Shown here piece after piece: positions 17,968 to 33,186 of a DNA stretch of 64,000 bases. This DNA is from Cephaloticoccus sp. (GTDB lineage: Bacteria > Verrucomicrobiota > Verrucomicrobiia > Opitutales > Opitutaceae), in assembly GCA_034669935.1 (NCBI GenBank), contig JAXMOJ010000016.1, positions 4,588-68,587 on the forward strand. The letters run 5' to 3'. The notes under the pieces are model-generated. The model was not told the DNA's origin. It saw only the letters and a list, made by a program, of their open reading frames with translations, and made no database searches. The translations under genes and the position numbers were made by a program. The stretch's first letter is position 1, and every line of letters starts with the position of its first letter.

Positions 17968-18171
17968 ATGAAGAACCCGTTTCGCAGCATACGCATCTTT
18001 CTCGGAGAGATGGTTGGTGAGCTTCAAAAAGCCGCTTGGCCAACTAAGACGGAGTTGCGTGATTCCACTATTGTCGTCGTTATCGCGGCGGTTTTGTTGG
18101 GTGTCTTCACCAGTATCAGCGATTTCTCACTATATCAATTCGTGGATCTTTTCACGCAATTGGTCAGCTAA
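17968..18171 (+). CDS. secE: Preprotein translocase subunit SecE
   Basis: 67 aa. ELQKAAWPTKTELRDSTIVVVIAAVLLGVF (KV.WP motif plus one TM). In the canonical position before nusG. Confidence 0.9.
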   Translation: MKNPFRSIRIFLGEMVGELQKAAWPTKTELRDSTIVVVIAAVLLGVFTSISDFSLYQFVDLFTQLVS

Positions 18172-18177
18172 TTGTCT

Positions 18178-18756
18178 ATGTCGTCTGAAAATACAGCTCC
18201 TGCCACTGCTCGGTGGTTTGCACTCCATACACTCTCCGGCCAGGAGAACAAGGTGAAGGCCTACATTGAGAAGTTCACGACTATCGAGGAGCTCGACGAT
18301 TATATCTTCGAGGTTCTCATGCCCACGGAGGTCGTTTCGGAGGTTAAGAATGGCAAGAAGTCCACGAAAACCCGAAAGCTTTATCCTGGATATGTTTTTA
18401 TTCAGATGCGTCTCTTCGACGAAAACAATGTGCTGATCAACAAGCCTTGGTATTTCGTAAAGGAAACGTCAGGCGTCATCGGTTTTGTCGGTGGAGAAGC
18501 CCCGGCCGCCTTGCGCCAGGCTGAAGTCGACGAGATCCGAGCCCGCATCGAAGCGGCCAACGGCAAAGAAGTGCCTAAGGTCCAATACACTGAAGGTGAA
18601 GAAGTTAAGGTTACTGACGGTGCCTTCACTAACCTTACAGGACGGATCGATGAAATCGATCCCGACCGTGGTAAGCTCAAAATTTCTGTCTCTATTTTTG
18701 GCCGGTTTACCCCGGTTGAACTCGAATACTGGCAGGTGGAGCGCATCACCGAATAA
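18178..18756 (+). CDS. nusG: Transcription termination/antitermination factor NusG
   Basis: WFALHTLSGQENKVKAYIE (NGN domain) and a C-terminal KOW (GEEVKVTDGAFTNLTGRIDEID). ATG at 18178; the track start at 18172 is TTG. Confidence 0.95.
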   Translation: MSSENTAPATARWFALHTLSGQENKVKAYIEKFTTIEELDDYIFEVLMPTEVVSEVKNGKKSTKTRKLYPGYVFIQMRLFDENNVLINKPWYFVKETSGVIGFVGGEAPAALRQAEVDEIRARIEAANGKEVPKVQYTEGEEVKVTDGAFTNLTGRIDEIDPDRGKLKISVSIFGRFTPVELEYWQVERITE

Positions 18757-18818
18757 ACCGGCTGTCCGCACATACCGTCATTATCTTTCCTTTATTAAAC
18801 TGAATATCATCCCCTCTC

Positions 18819-19244
18819 ATGGCTAAGAAGATCCAAGGCTACATCCGCCTCCAACTGCCTGCTGGCGCTGCCAATCCGGCTCCTCCAGTCGGTCCTGCAC
18901 TCGGTGCGCAGGGCGTAAACATCATGGCATTCTGTAAAGAATTCAACGCCAAGACCAAAGACCAGAACGGCATGATTCTGCCAGTGGTTATCACGGTCTA
19001 TGTTGATAAGAGCTTTACGTTCATTCTCAAATCACCTCCGGCGGCTGTTCTGCTCAAGAAGGCGGCCAAGATTGCCTCCGGTTCGGGGACCCCGAACAAG
19101 GAAAAGGTCGGCAAGGTGACGCGAAAGCAGATTCTCGAGATTGTGAAAATCAAGGAGAAGGATCTCAATGCCAACGATGATGACGCCGCGATCAAGGTGA
19201 TCGCTGGCACCGCCCGCAGCATGGGCATCGAGGTGATCGACTAA
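18819..19244 (+). CDS. rplK: 50S ribosomal protein L11
   Basis: [43 protein letters not shown]. Confidence 0.98.
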   Translation: MAKKIQGYIRLQLPAGAANPAPPVGPALGAQGVNIMAFCKEFNAKTKDQNGMILPVVITVYVDKSFTFILKSPPAAVLLKKAAKIASGSGTPNKEKVGKVTRKQILEIVKIKEKDLNANDDDAAIKVIAGTARSMGIEVID

Positions 19245-19314
19245 TTAATCTAACTACAACAACCCACTCACCGCGGGAGTCCTTACCGGACGCATGCACC
19301 GCAAGGAGTCATTG

Positions 19315-20010
19315 ATGGAAAAACACAGTAAACGATACGTCAGCGCCGCCAAGGTGGCTGATTTGACCGCGGAATATTCGCTGACAGAGGCTTTGGACCT
19401 CATCGCGAAATTCCCCGCAACAAAGTTCGACGAGACCGTCGAGCTTTCGATCCGATTGGGAGTTGATCCCCGGGCCGGTGAGCAGATGGTGCGTGGCACC
19501 ACGCCATTGCCGCATGGCTCTGGTAAGAAAGTGAATGTTGTCGTCTTTACCGAAGATGCCGAAGCGGCGATTGCCGCTGGGGCAGAAACCGCCGGTTTGG
19601 AAGATGTGATGGCGAAAGTCAGCGATGGTTGGCTCGACTTCGACGTCGCGATCGCCACGACCGATGCGATGAAGAAGGTTCGCACGTTGGCTCGTATACT
19701 TGGACCTAAAGGTCTGATGCCTAATCCTAAGAGTGGCACCGTCACCGACGATGTCGCCGCCGCGATCAAGGCTGTGAAAGCTGGTCGAGTAGAATTTAAA
19801 ATGGACAAGAGCGCCAACATCGGCCTTGGCGTCGGCAAGCGCTCTTTCGGCTCTGAGCAGATCCTTGAAAATACCAAGGCTGTGATTGAGGCGATCGGCA
19901 AAGCTCGTCCCGCGACCTTCAAGGGAACCGGTTACATCAAGAGTATCTATATTTCGACCAGCATGAGCCCAGGGGTTCGTCTGGCTTCATCCGAGTTCAG
20001 CAACTACTAA
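19315..20010 (+). CDS. rplA: 50S ribosomal protein L1
   Basis: MEKHSKRY...FDETVELSIRLGVDPR...VRGT..LPHG. AAGGAG lies 7 nt upstream of the ATG at 19315. The track start at 19294 is less likely. Confidence 0.95.
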   Translation: MEKHSKRYVSAAKVADLTAEYSLTEALDLIAKFPATKFDETVELSIRLGVDPRAGEQMVRGTTPLPHGSGKKVNVVVFTEDAEAAIAAGAETAGLEDVMAKVSDGWLDFDVAIATTDAMKKVRTLARILGPKGLMPNPKSGTVTDDVAAAIKAVKAGRVEFKMDKSANIGLGVGKRSFGSEQILENTKAVIEAIGKARPATFKGTGYIKSIYISTSMSPGVRLASSEFSNY

Positions 20011-20021
20011 GCCGCACGACC

Positions 20022-20540
20022 ATGAGAGCTGAAAAACAATATCTAGTTTCCGAAGTCGAGACTCACCTGAAGAAGTCCGACTACGTCATCCTAACCGATT
20101 TTGCCGGTGTTACCGTTGCAGAAGTCGCCGAGCTTCGGGCTGAACTCCGCAAGGAAAATGCCGAGTTCCACGTGGTGAAGAACAGTTCACTGCGGGTGGC
20201 TGCGAAAGCATTGGGACTACCCGAATTCGAAGAGAGCCTAACTGGCCCGACCGCGATCATCGTGGGTGGAGACAATTCACCCGGTGCAGCGAAAGCCGTG
20301 ACGGAATTTTTTAAATCAAAGAAGAAGGTCGAAGTTAAGTCTGCCGTTCTCAGCGACAAGTTGCTGAATGCCGACGACGTGAAGGCTCTCGCCGCACTGC
20401 CATCACTCGATGCGCTGCGTGGTCAACTGCTCGGTCTTCTCAGTCAACCCGGCACGATGCTGGTGCGCGTTCTCAACGCTGTTCCTCAAAATGTCGTCAA
20501 TGTCCTTCAGGCCAAGATCCGCGCCGGCGAGGAAGCTTAA
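20022..20540 (+). CDS. rplJ: 50S ribosomal protein L10
   Basis: Position between rplA and rplL; VAEVAELRAELRKENAEFHVVKNSSLRVA. Confidence 0.95.
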   Translation: MRAEKQYLVSEVETHLKKSDYVILTDFAGVTVAEVAELRAELRKENAEFHVVKNSSLRVAAKALGLPEFEESLTGPTAIIVGGDNSPGAAKAVTEFFKSKKKVEVKSAVLSDKLLNADDVKALAALPSLDALRGQLLGLLSQPGTMLVRVLNAVPQNVVNVLQAKIRAGEEA

Positions 20541-20687
20541 TTCTAAACTATTTTATCAACCCATTTCAAAAGTGCCGCGCTCGGCGTGGCACCAAAGAAA
20601 ACCCAATCAACCGTTCAAAACTAGGAGATACGTCTCTTAAACGCACTTACTCATTAAGCCGCTAGTTACGAACAGGAGATATTCATT

Positions 20688-21074
20688 ATGAGCAACATCA
20701 CAAAAGACGAAGTAATCGACTGGCTCTCCGGTCAATCGGTCCTCGAAATCGCTGAACTCGTTTCGGCCCTGGAAGAGAAGTGGGGCGTTTCCGCCGCTGC
20801 TCCTGTCGCCGTCGCTGCCGCCGCTCCTGCTGGTGGTGCCGCTGGTGCCGCTGCTGAAGAGAAGACTGAATTTGACGTCGTTCTCCTCGAAGCTGGTCCA
20901 ACCAAGATCGCCGTAATCAAAGAAGTCCGCGCTATCACTGGCCTGGGTCTCAAGGAAGCTAAAGACTTGGTCGAAGGCGCTCCTAAGGCTGTCAAGGAAG
21001 GTGCTGCGAAGGACGAAGCTGAAGAGCTTAAGAAGAAGCTCGAGGCTACCGGTGCCAAGGTCGAGCTCAAGTAA
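20688..21074 (+). CDS. rplL: 50S ribosomal protein L7/L12
   Basis: Ala-rich hinge, then [51 protein letters not shown]. Confidence 0.98.
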   Translation: MSNITKDEVIDWLSGQSVLEIAELVSALEEKWGVSAAAPVAVAAAAPAGGAAGAAAEEKTEFDVVLLEAGPTKIAVIKEVRAITGLGLKEAKDLVEGAPKAVKEGAAKDEAEELKKKLEATGAKVELK

Positions 21075-21113
21075 TCACTTGGCTGACTTTACTTCAATAC
21101 GTCCAAATTTATC

Positions 21114-21155
21114 AGGACAGGCCGTGTTTCCACGCGGCCTGTCCTTTGCCTTTTC
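21114..21155 (+). terminator. Intrinsic terminator/attenuator between rplL and rpoB
   Basis: AGGACAGGCCG (21114-24), a 10-nt loop, CGGCCTGTCCT (21135-45), then TTTGCCTTTTCTC. Same position as the known partial terminator in the E. coli rplJL-rpoBC operon. Confidence 0.7.
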
Positions 21156-21238
21156 TCATTCCGTTCATTCGTCGCTGAGCCGCGCATTCCGTTAAGCTCG
21201 CTCCAGCGTCCCCCCACCTCATCCAACCGGGTATCTAC

Positions 21239-24200
21239 ATGGCCGACCGCACACAATCTGATCGCAAGAACTTCGGCAATCTTCGCGAAGTCATTCCGCC
21301 GCCAAACCTGATCGAGATTCAGATCACATCCTATCTGGATTTTCTCCAAAAAGGACTGCCTGAAAAAGAGCGCAAGTTGCAGGGCCTCGAGGCCGTGTTC
21401 AGCGAGGTGTTTCCCATCGAGTCCTACGATGCCCGTCTGACGTTGGAGTATGTTTCCTATACCTTGGCTGATCCCAAATATAGCGAAATCGAATGCTTGC
21501 GTGATGGGGTGACCTATTCAGTTCCGCTTTATGTAAAACTCCGTCTTCGCGAAGAGGATTATATCAAGGACGAAGAAATTTACATGGGCGAAATTCCCAT
21601 GGTGACCGAGCGTGGCTCGTTCATTATCAACGGTGCAGAACGCGTCGTTGTTTCTCAACTTCACCGTTCGCCGGGTATTGCCTTCGAGGTCACCCCGCAT
21701 GCCAACGGCAAGTTGCTTCACTCTTTCCGGATCATTCCTGACCGTGGCACTTGGTTGGAGGTGCAGTTCGACAATAATGATCTGCTTTACGTCTACCTCG
21801 ACCGTCGTCGTCGTCGTCGTAAGTTCCTCATTACCACGCTGCTTCGCGCCGTCGGTTACTCCAGTGATATCGATATCCTGAATCTCTTCTACGATATCAA
21901 TGATCTGAAGGTCTCCAAGGCACTCGATATGGATAATGTATCGGCCTTGGTTTTGGTCGAAGATGCCATCGATGCGCAGAAGGGTGTTGTCTTAGCCCGT
22001 GCTTTCGAACCGCTGACCAAAGCAATCGTTCGCACCTTCGAAAAGCACGATATCTCGGTGATTCGGGTGATCGACACTGCAAATGACGAGGGTGCGATTA
22101 TCCGCGCGCTCAAGAAGGATCCTACTCGCAACGAAGAGGAAGCCCTCAAGGAAATTTACAAGCGTCTCCGTCCCGGCGAGCCGCCTACAACCGCTAATGC
22201 GAAGGCCTTGCTCAAACGCTTGTTCTTCGATCCAAAGCGTTATGACCTCGGTCGCGTGGGCCGTTATAAGGTCAACCAGAAGCTCGGCCTTAAAGTTGAG
22301 CTTGAGCAACGCGTGCTCGAGTCCGGCGATGTCGTGGCTGCTACTAAATATCTTGTTCGTCTTAAAAAGGGCGAAGGCGTTGTTGATGATATCGATCACC
22401 TCGGTTCACGTCGTGTCCGCACCGTTGGTGAATTGCTCGCTAACCAATGCCGTCTCGGTCTCAGCCGCACGGAGCGTCTCGTTCGCGAGCGCATGACGAT
22501 GTATGATCAGAGCGTCGATTCGATTACGCCGCAAAAGCTGATCAATCCGAAGGCTCTGACGACCGTGATCCGCGACTTCTTTGCCCGTTCGCAGTTGTCG
22601 CAGTTCATGGACCAGATTAATCCGCTGGCTGAAGTGACGCATAAGCGTCGTCTTTCCGCTCTCGGACCTGGTGGTCTGAATCGTGAACGCGCCGGGTTTG
22701 AGGTGCGTGACGTGCATCCTTCGCACTACGGCCGGATTTGTCCGATTGAGACCCCTGAAGGTCCAAACATCGGTCTGATCAACTCCCTTTCCACTTACGC
22801 TCGCGTTAACGAATTTGGCTTCATCGAAACCCCATATCGTCTGGTAAAAGCCGGCAAGGTATCCGACAAAATTGAATACCTCACCGCCGACCAAGAGGAG
22901 GGTAAGATCATTGCTCAGGCTAACTCCGAACTGGACGACAAGGGCAACTTTGTCGGCAAGGTCACCGTTCGTCAGGATGGTGAGTTCCTCGAAGTAGCTG
23001 CTGTAGAAGTGAACTACATGGACGTTTCGCCGAAGCAGGTGATTTCGATCGCCGCCGGTATGATTCCGTTCCTTGAGCACGATGATGCGAATCGCGCGCT
23101 CATGGGGGCGAATATGCAACGTCAAGGTGTGCCTCTTCTGCAGGCGGAATCTCCATTCGTCGGCACCGGGATTGAAGAACGCGTTGCCCGTGACTCCAAG
23201 ATCGTCGTTGTTTCCGACGCAGGTGGTATCGTGGCCTCAGTCGATGGTAAGCAGATCGTCATCACTAAGGATGGTGAGCTGCCTCGCACGCTAAAATCCG
23301 ATCCGAAGAATGGCGTCGAGGTTCACGAGTTGCGTAAATTCATGCGCTCGAATGCCGGCACGTGCTTCAACCAGAAGCCGATCGTTGACCATGGTCAAAA
23401 GATCAAGCCCGGACAGATCATTGCTGATGGTCCTTCGACGGAGAAGGGGGAAATGGCCCTCGGTCGTAATGTGCTCGTCGGCTTCATGCCGTGGAACGGT
23501 TACAATTTCGAGGATGCCATCCTGATCTCTGAGAAAGTGCTGAAGGAAGATATCTTCACTTCGATTCACATTCAGGAATACGAAGTTACGGCTCGTGATA
23601 CCAAACTCGGGGCGGAAGAAATCACTCGTGATATTCCCAATGTCGGTGAAGAAGCACTGAAGAACCTCGACCACAACGGTGTCATTCGCATCGGTGCCGA
23701 GGTGAAACCCGGTGATATTCTTGTGGGTAAGATCACGCCAAAGTCTGAAACCGAGCTCGCGCCTGAAGAAAAACTGCTTCGCGCCATCTTTGGTGAAAAG
23801 GCTGCCGATGTGAAGGACAGCTCTCTGATCGTGCCTTCAGGTGCGGCTGGTATCGTCATGGACGTGAAGGTTTCTTCCCGGATCGATGATGAGCTCGAGC
23901 GGATGTCGCCTTCCGACCGTCGTCGTCAGATCAAGCAAATCCAAGAGGAATACAAAACGCAGATGGATAAGCTGCGTGAAGGCCTCACGGAAGCGTTGTC
24001 TAACATTCTCCTTGGTGAGAAAATCCCTCTCGATGTGATCAACGGCGAATCGGGTGAAATCATCATTCCGGCCAATCGCAAGATCACGAAGACCCTCCTG
24101 CGTAAACTCGCTGCGGTTTCCAAGCATGTTCAGATCGATCCTTCACCGGTTCGCATCAAGATCATGGAGATCATCGGTTCGTATCAGGTCAAATTCGATG

Positions 24201-25018
24201 AACTCGAAGGTGATCGTGAGCGCAAGGTCGACTCGGTCGAATCCGGCGAAGGTGATGGCAGCGGTGCAATCAAGCAGGTCAAAGTATACATCGCCACGAA
24301 GCATAAGCTCGAGGTCGGTGATAAGATGGCCGGTCGTCACGGTAATAAGGGTGTGGTCGCCAAGATCGTTCCCGAAGAAGACATGCCTTTCCTCCCGGAT
24401 GGCACTCCCGTGGAAATCTGTTTGAACCCTCTCGGTGTGCCTTCGCGCATGAACGTGGGGCAGGTGTTGGAGACCCACTTGGGTTGGGCTTGTAAGAAGC
24501 TCGGCATCAAGGTCGCCACGCCGGTATTCGATGGTATTCCGGAGAAAAAGGTTCGTGAGTATCTCGAAGATGCGAATCTGCCTGCTTCCGGTAAGAGCCC
24601 GCTCTTTGATGGCCGCACAGGAGAGAAAATCGATCAGGAGGTTGTGGTAGGCTACATCTACATGATGAAGCTGAATCACTTGGTCTCCCATAAGATTCAC
24701 GCTCGTGCCGTTGGTCCTTACTCTCTCGTCACGCAACAACCTTTGGGCGGTAAAGCTCAATACGGTGGTCAGCGTTTTGGTGAAATGGAAGTGTGGGCGC
24801 TCGAAGCTTATGGCGCGGCGCATACCCTCCAGGAATTGCTCACCGTCAAGTCTGACGATGTTCAAGGTCGCACCAAAATCTACGAATCGCTCGTTAAGGG
24901 CGACAATACACTGCAGGCCGGCACGCCCGAGTCCTTCAACGTGTTGATCAAGGAAATCCAGTCCCTCGGATTGGATATCAAGCTCAACAAACGCGACTCA
25001 CTGGGCTACGGTTCCTGA
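21239..25018 (+). CDS. rpoB: DNA-directed RNA polymerase subunit beta
   Basis: 1259 aa. [42 protein letters not shown], and the C-terminal [14 protein letters not shown]. Confidence 0.99.
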   Translation: MADRTQSDRKNFGNLREVIPPPNLIEIQITSYLDFLQKGLPEKERKLQGLEAVFSEVFPIESYDARLTLEYVSYTLADPKYSEIECLRDGVTYSVPLYVKLRLREEDYIKDEEIYMGEIPMVTERGSFIINGAERVVVSQLHRSPGIAFEVTPHANGKLLHSFRIIPDRGTWLEVQFDNNDLLYVYLDRRRRRRKFLITTLLRAVGYSSDIDILNLFYDINDLKVSKALDMDNVSALVLVEDAIDAQKGVVLARAFEPLTKAIVRTFEKHDISVIRVIDTANDEGAIIRALKKDPTRNEEEALKEIYKRLRPGEPPTTANAKALLKRLFFDPKRYDLGRVGRYKVNQKLGLKVELEQRVLESGDVVAATKYLVRLKKGEGVVDDIDHLGSRRVRTVGELLANQCRLGLSRTERLVRERMTMYDQSVDSITPQKLINPKALTTVIRDFFARSQLSQFMDQINPLAEVTHKRRLSALGPGGLNRERAGFEVRDVHPSHYGRICPIETPEGPNIGLINSLSTYARVNEFGFIETPYRLVKAGKVSDKIEYLTADQEEGKIIAQANSELDDKGNFVGKVTVRQDGEFLEVAAVEVNYMDVSPKQVISIAAGMIPFLEHDDANRALMGANMQRQGVPLLQAESPFVGTGIEERVARDSKIVVVSDAGGIVASVDGKQIVITKDGELPRTLKSDPKNGVEVHELRKFMRSNAGTCFNQKPIVDHGQKIKPGQIIADGPSTEKGEMALGRNVLVGFMPWNGYNFEDAILISEKVLKEDIFTSIHIQEYEVTARDTKLGAEEITRDIPNVGEEALKNLDHNGVIRIGAEVKPGDILVGKITPKSETELAPEEKLLRAIFGEKAADVKDSSLIVPSGAAGIVMDVKVSSRIDDELERMSPSDRRRQIKQIQEEYKTQMDKLREGLTEALSNILLGEKIPLDVINGESGEIIIPANRKITKTLLRKLAAVSKHVQIDPSPVRIKIMEIIGSYQVKFDELEGDRERKVDSVESGEGDGSGAIKQVKVYIATKHKLEVGDKMAGRHGNKGVVAKIVPEEDMPFLPDGTPVEICLNPLGVPSRMNVGQVLETHLGWACKKLGIKVATPVFDGIPEKKVREYLEDANLPASGKSPLFDGRTGEKIDQEVVVGYIYMMKLNHLVSHKIHARAVGPYSLVTQQPLGGKAQYGGQRFGEMEVWALEAYGAAHTLQELLTVKSDDVQGRTKIYESLVKGDNTLQAGTPESFNVLIKEIQSLGLDIKLNKRDSLGYGS

Positions 25019-25058
25019 GTCTTTTAGCATCCTTTAAAAACAACATAGGAAAGCACAT

Positions 25059-29216
<4,158 letters not shown>

Positions 29217-29242
29217 TGGATCTATCCTCAGGATAAACTTTC

Positions 29243-29280
29243 AGACCGCAGATGATTTCATCTGCGGTCTTTTTTATTTT
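29243..29280 (+). terminator. Intrinsic terminator after rpoC
   Basis: AGACCGCAGATG-attt-CATCTGCGGTCT (12-bp perfect stem) followed by TTTTTATTTT. Confidence 0.85.
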
Positions 29281-29381
29281 CGGACAGGAGAAAATTCTGC
29301 TTGTCAACTGTAGGTGGTTTACTGATTTTGTAATCCCTCCCGCCAAAAACTGCATGTTGAGCCTAGCTCCATGTGGTTTAG

Positions 29382-29412
29382 CGCCCGGTCTTTTTAGGCC
29401 GGGCGTTTTTTT
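29382..29412 (+). terminator. Second intrinsic terminator, about 130 nt downstream of the first
   Basis: CGCCCGGTCT-tttt-AGGCCGGGCG (10 bp including one G.U) followed by T7. Confidence 0.75.
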
Positions 29413-29686
29413 GTCCAAAACACTAGTAAACAGGGAAGGGGAAGAATTTTTTCCCCATATTCAAAATCTTGCTTGCTGACGGTCCGTAAACTGTTGAGGG
29501 TGGCCGACTCTCAACTCAGTTGGCGTGTTTCCAGCCTTGCTGCTAACCGCTTTTCCTTATCGCGAAACGAGTTCTACAGACTTGTCTTCGCGAACCTTAC
29601 TACTTTTCGCCAAAATGTTCTTGCCGAGCTTTTGACGCTTGGTAGCTTCGTCCTCTTTTCTCCCTTTACACACCTATATACTTCGT

Positions 29687-30067
29687 ATGCCAACCATCAA
29701 TCAGCTCGTTCGCAAAGGCCGCCGCAAGGTAGTCGCGAAGTCCAAGTCTCCAGCCTTGGACAGCAATCCATTTCGTCGTGGCGTCTGCACGCAAGTAATG
29801 ACGCGCACACCTAAGAAGCCGAATTCCGCTATCCGTAAGGTAGCAAAGGTGCGTCTCACGAATGGCAATGAAGTGATTTCCTACATCCCTGATGAAGGTC
29901 ATTCCCTACAAGAGCATAGTATTGTTCTGGTGCGTGGTGGTCGCGTTAAGGATCTTCCTGGTGTTCGCTATCACATCGTTCGCGGTGCACTGGATGCTAC
30001 CGGTGTGGAGAAGCGTCGTCGGAGCCGTTCCAAATACGGAGTTAAGCGCCCTAAGGCCGGTAAGTAA
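29687..30067 (+). CDS. rpsL: 30S ribosomal protein S12
   Basis: [12 protein letters not shown]...PKKPNSA.RK.A.VRL.NG. ATG at 29687; the N-terminal part of the track ORF (29639) is not S12-like. Confidence 0.98.
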   Translation: MPTINQLVRKGRRKVVAKSKSPALDSNPFRRGVCTQVMTRTPKKPNSAIRKVAKVRLTNGNEVISYIPDEGHSLQEHSIVLVRGGRVKDLPGVRYHIVRGALDATGVEKRRRSRSKYGVKRPKAGK

Positions 30068-30092
30068 TTCAATTTTTCAACCCATTTAAGTT

Positions 30093-30566
30093 ATGTCACG
30101 TCGCCACAGAGCAACCAAACGCAAGGTCGATCCAGATATTCGCTACAACAGCCCACTCGTGGCTCACTTGGTGAATGTCGTTATGAAGAGCGGTAAGAAG
30201 AACATTGCTCAACGCATTGTTTACGGAGCCTTTGAGAAGGTTTCCGCGAAGCTCGATAAGGGGAATCCTGTGGATTTGCTCCTTGGTGCAATGGAAAATG
30301 CGCGCCCTCGCCTGGAGGTGAAGAGCCGACGTGTCGGTGGTGCTACTTATCAGGTGCCGGTTGAGATCTCTTTTGAACGTCAAGAGTCTGTCGCTTTGCG
30401 TTGGCTGGTTGGCGCTGCCAGCAGTCGTAAGGGAATTACGATGGTCGATGCACTCGCGAATGAAATCGTTGATGCTTATAATAACACGGGTGTCGTCGTG
30501 AAGAAGAAAGAAGACACGCATAAGATGGCTCAGGCCAACCGTGCTTTCGCTCACCTCCGTTGGTAA
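30093..30566 (+). CDS. rpsG: 30S ribosomal protein S7
   Basis: MSRRHRATKRKVDPDIRYNS..V...VN.VM..GKK..A..IVY.A; ends ANRAFAHLRW. Confidence 0.98.
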   Translation: MSRRHRATKRKVDPDIRYNSPLVAHLVNVVMKSGKKNIAQRIVYGAFEKVSAKLDKGNPVDLLLGAMENARPRLEVKSRRVGGATYQVPVEISFERQESVALRWLVGAASSRKGITMVDALANEIVDAYNNTGVVVKKKEDTHKMAQANRAFAHLRW

Positions 30567-30575
30567 TATATCGTC

Positions 30576-32756
30576 ATGTCTGCTGAAATTTCCATCGTAA
30601 CTGACAAGAGCAAGGTCTCAGAGGTTAATTCGAAAGATCGCCCATTCCCGTTGGAATGGACGCGCAATATCGGAATCGCCGCGCATATTGATGCCGGTAA
30701 GACCACGACTTCGGAGCGTATTCTTTTTTATTCTGGCGCTGTGCATAAGATCGGCGAAGTCCATGAAGGCACTGCGGTGACTGATTGGATGGAGCAAGAG
30801 CGTGAACGTGGTATCACGATCACGGCTGCTGCCATTTCCTGTGCTTGGAATGCGTCAACCGGTCCTTGGACTGGTATCAACCAACGCATTAATATCATCG
30901 ATACTCCCGGGCACGTGGATTTCACGGCTGAGGTTGAGCGTTCGATGCGTGTGCTTGATGGTGCGATCGCAGTATTTTGCGCTGTAGCCGGTGTGCAGCC
31001 TCAATCTGAGACTGTCTGGCGTCAGGCTAACAAATACAATGTCCCCCGGATTGCGTTTGTGAACAAGATGGACCGCGTCGGAGCAGAATTTTTCCGGGCG
31101 GTTGACGAGATGCGTGAAAAACTCGGTGCTAATGCGCATCCGTTGTTTATTCCGATTGGGGCCGAAGAAAACTTCTCAGGTCTCATCGATTTGGTGCAAA
31201 ATGTTGCCTATGTCTTTGGGGTGGAAGAGGACGAGCTTGGTCTCAAGCCGGTAACAAGCGAAATTCCTGCTGAATACGCTGAACAGGCGCAGGAGTATCG
31301 CGAGAAGCTCCTCGAAGCTATTTCTGATTTTGACGATGTCATTGCTGAGAAATATCTCGGTGGGGAAGAAATCAGCGTAGAGGAACTTCAAATCGGTGTC
31401 CGCAAAGCGACGGTTTCGATGGATTTCGTCGGAGTGGTGCCTGGTTCTGCGTTTAAGAACAAGGGCGTGCAACGCCTTCTGGACTGTGTGGTAAATTATC
31501 TACCTGGTCCTCTCGATGTGCCTGCGATGGTGGGCGAGGATTCCGATGGAGATAAAGTCACGGCTACGGTGACCGATCACGGTAAGCTCGCTGGTCTCGC
31601 TTTCAAACTTTGGAGTGATCCTTTTGTTGGGAAGTTGGTATTTTACCGCGTTTACACCGGTCAGCTTCCCAAGGGAATGCCTCTCTACAATCCGCGGACC
31701 CGTCGTTCAGAACGCGTTTCGCGACTGGTTTTGATGCGTTCGATGGATCGTGATGAAATTGATGTCGCTTATTCGGGTGATATCGTCGCCCTCGTTGGGG
31801 TGAAAGAAGTCATCACTGGTGATACCCTCTGTGATTCTGATTACGATATCAGCTTGGAACCACCTTCCTTCCCTGAACCGGTCATCGCGATGTCGATCGA
31901 GCCGAACAGCAAGGCTGACCAAGAAAAGATGGGCACCGCGCTTCAGCGTCTGGTGGCTGAAGATCCTACTTTACGCGTTTCCACCGATGAAGATTCTGGC
32001 CAGACAATTCTCGCCGGAATGGGTGAACTCCATTTGGACATCATCCGCGATCGCATGAAGCGTGAGTTCAAGGTAGAAGCTACCTGTGGTAAGCCACAGA
32101 TCGCTTATCGCGAAACGATTCTTTCACCATCCGATGGCGAGGGTAAGTTCGTTCGCCAGTCCGGTGGTAAGGGGCAATATGGCCATGTGGTCATCAAGAT
32201 GGAGCCTAACGAAAAGGGTAAGGGAATCGAGGTCGTCAACGAAATCGTTGGTGGTGCGATTCCGAAGGAATTCATCAAACCTACGACGGATGGCCTGATG
32301 GAAGGTTGTAATAATGGTGTTGTCGCCGGCTACCCAGTAGTCGACTTGAAGATGCGCATTGTTGACGGCTCTTTCCACGATGTGGATTCGTCTGAAATGG
32401 CCTTTAAGATGGCTGGTATCTTCGCCTTCAAGGAAGCGATGAAAAACGCCAAGCCGATCTTGCTTGAGCCGATCATGACCGTCGAGATCACGACTCCTGA
32501 GGAGTATCAAGGCGACTTAATGGGTGATATCAACCGTCGTCGTGGCCAAATCCAAGGTATCGAGAACAAGAATGCGGCGGCCATCGTCACATCTCATGTG
32601 CCTCTTGAATCACTCTTCGGCTATGTGACCGATATTCGTTCTCTTTCCAAGGGTCGCGCTAGCGCCTCAATCACGCCGTCTCACTTTGAGCAGGTTCCAA
32701 GTTCAATTCTCGCTACGATTGTCGAGTCGTCTACTCAGGCGCCCGCTCGCACTTAA
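30576..32756 (+). CDS. fusA: Elongation factor G
   Basis: [52 protein letters not shown]. 726 aa. Confidence 0.98.
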   Translation: MSAEISIVTDKSKVSEVNSKDRPFPLEWTRNIGIAAHIDAGKTTTSERILFYSGAVHKIGEVHEGTAVTDWMEQERERGITITAAAISCAWNASTGPWTGINQRINIIDTPGHVDFTAEVERSMRVLDGAIAVFCAVAGVQPQSETVWRQANKYNVPRIAFVNKMDRVGAEFFRAVDEMREKLGANAHPLFIPIGAEENFSGLIDLVQNVAYVFGVEEDELGLKPVTSEIPAEYAEQAQEYREKLLEAISDFDDVIAEKYLGGEEISVEELQIGVRKATVSMDFVGVVPGSAFKNKGVQRLLDCVVNYLPGPLDVPAMVGEDSDGDKVTATVTDHGKLAGLAFKLWSDPFVGKLVFYRVYTGQLPKGMPLYNPRTRRSERVSRLVLMRSMDRDEIDVAYSGDIVALVGVKEVITGDTLCDSDYDISLEPPSFPEPVIAMSIEPNSKADQEKMGTALQRLVAEDPTLRVSTDEDSGQTILAGMGELHLDIIRDRMKREFKVEATCGKPQIAYRETILSPSDGEGKFVRQSGGKGQYGHVVIKMEPNEKGKGIEVVNEIVGGAIPKEFIKPTTDGLMEGCNNGVVAGYPVVDLKMRIVDGSFHDVDSSEMAFKMAGIFAFKEAMKNAKPILLEPIMTVEITTPEEYQGDLMGDINRRRGQIQGIENKNAAAIVTSHVPLESLFGYVTDIRSLSKGRASASITPSHFEQVPSSILATIVESSTQAPART

Positions 32757-32774
32757 CACCCGTTCTTTCCGATC

Positions 32775-33083
32775 ATGAAAGGTCAACGCATTCGCATCAA
32801 ACTCCAAGGCTTCGACTATCGAGTAATCGATCAGTCTGCTGTCGAGATCGTCGAAACCGCCAAGCGCTCCGGCGCTCGTGTTTCCGGTCCTATCCCGCTG
32901 CCTACCCGCATCGAGAAGCTGACGGTTAACCGCTCTCCTCACGTGGATAAGAAAGCCATGGAGCAGTTTGAAACCCGCACTCACAAACGTCTCATCGATA
33001 TCATCGAGCCTACCGCTCAGACCGTCGACGAGCTCAAAAAACTCAATCTCCCTTCAGGCGTCGATATTACTATCAACGTATAA
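32775..33083 (+). CDS. rpsJ: 30S ribosomal protein S10
   Basis: [41 protein letters not shown]...[20 protein letters not shown]. Confidence 0.98.
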   Translation: MKGQRIRIKLQGFDYRVIDQSAVEIVETAKRSGARVSGPIPLPTRIEKLTVNRSPHVDKKAMEQFETRTHKRLIDIIEPTAQTVDELKKLNLPSGVDITINV

Positions 33084-33186
33084 ACCCAAACTAAACTTTT
33101 AGCAGCAGCCTATGTGCGCCTCGCGCACCTCTGAGCCTCTCTAATGTAGGTTTTAAACGGAACTTTTCCACCTACCGCTTAGCATT

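Noticed and set aside
21803-21820. Tandem CGT codon run (cgtcgtcgtcgtcgt) in rpoB
   Set aside because: It encodes RRRRRK within the rpoB reading frame. It is a short codon repeat, not a regulatory or CRISPR-like repeat.
29252-29479. 75-aa ORF in the rpoC-rpsL gap
   Set aside because: It runs straight through both intrinsic terminator hairpins and their T-tracts, has odd composition, and has no RBS. It is most likely non-coding.
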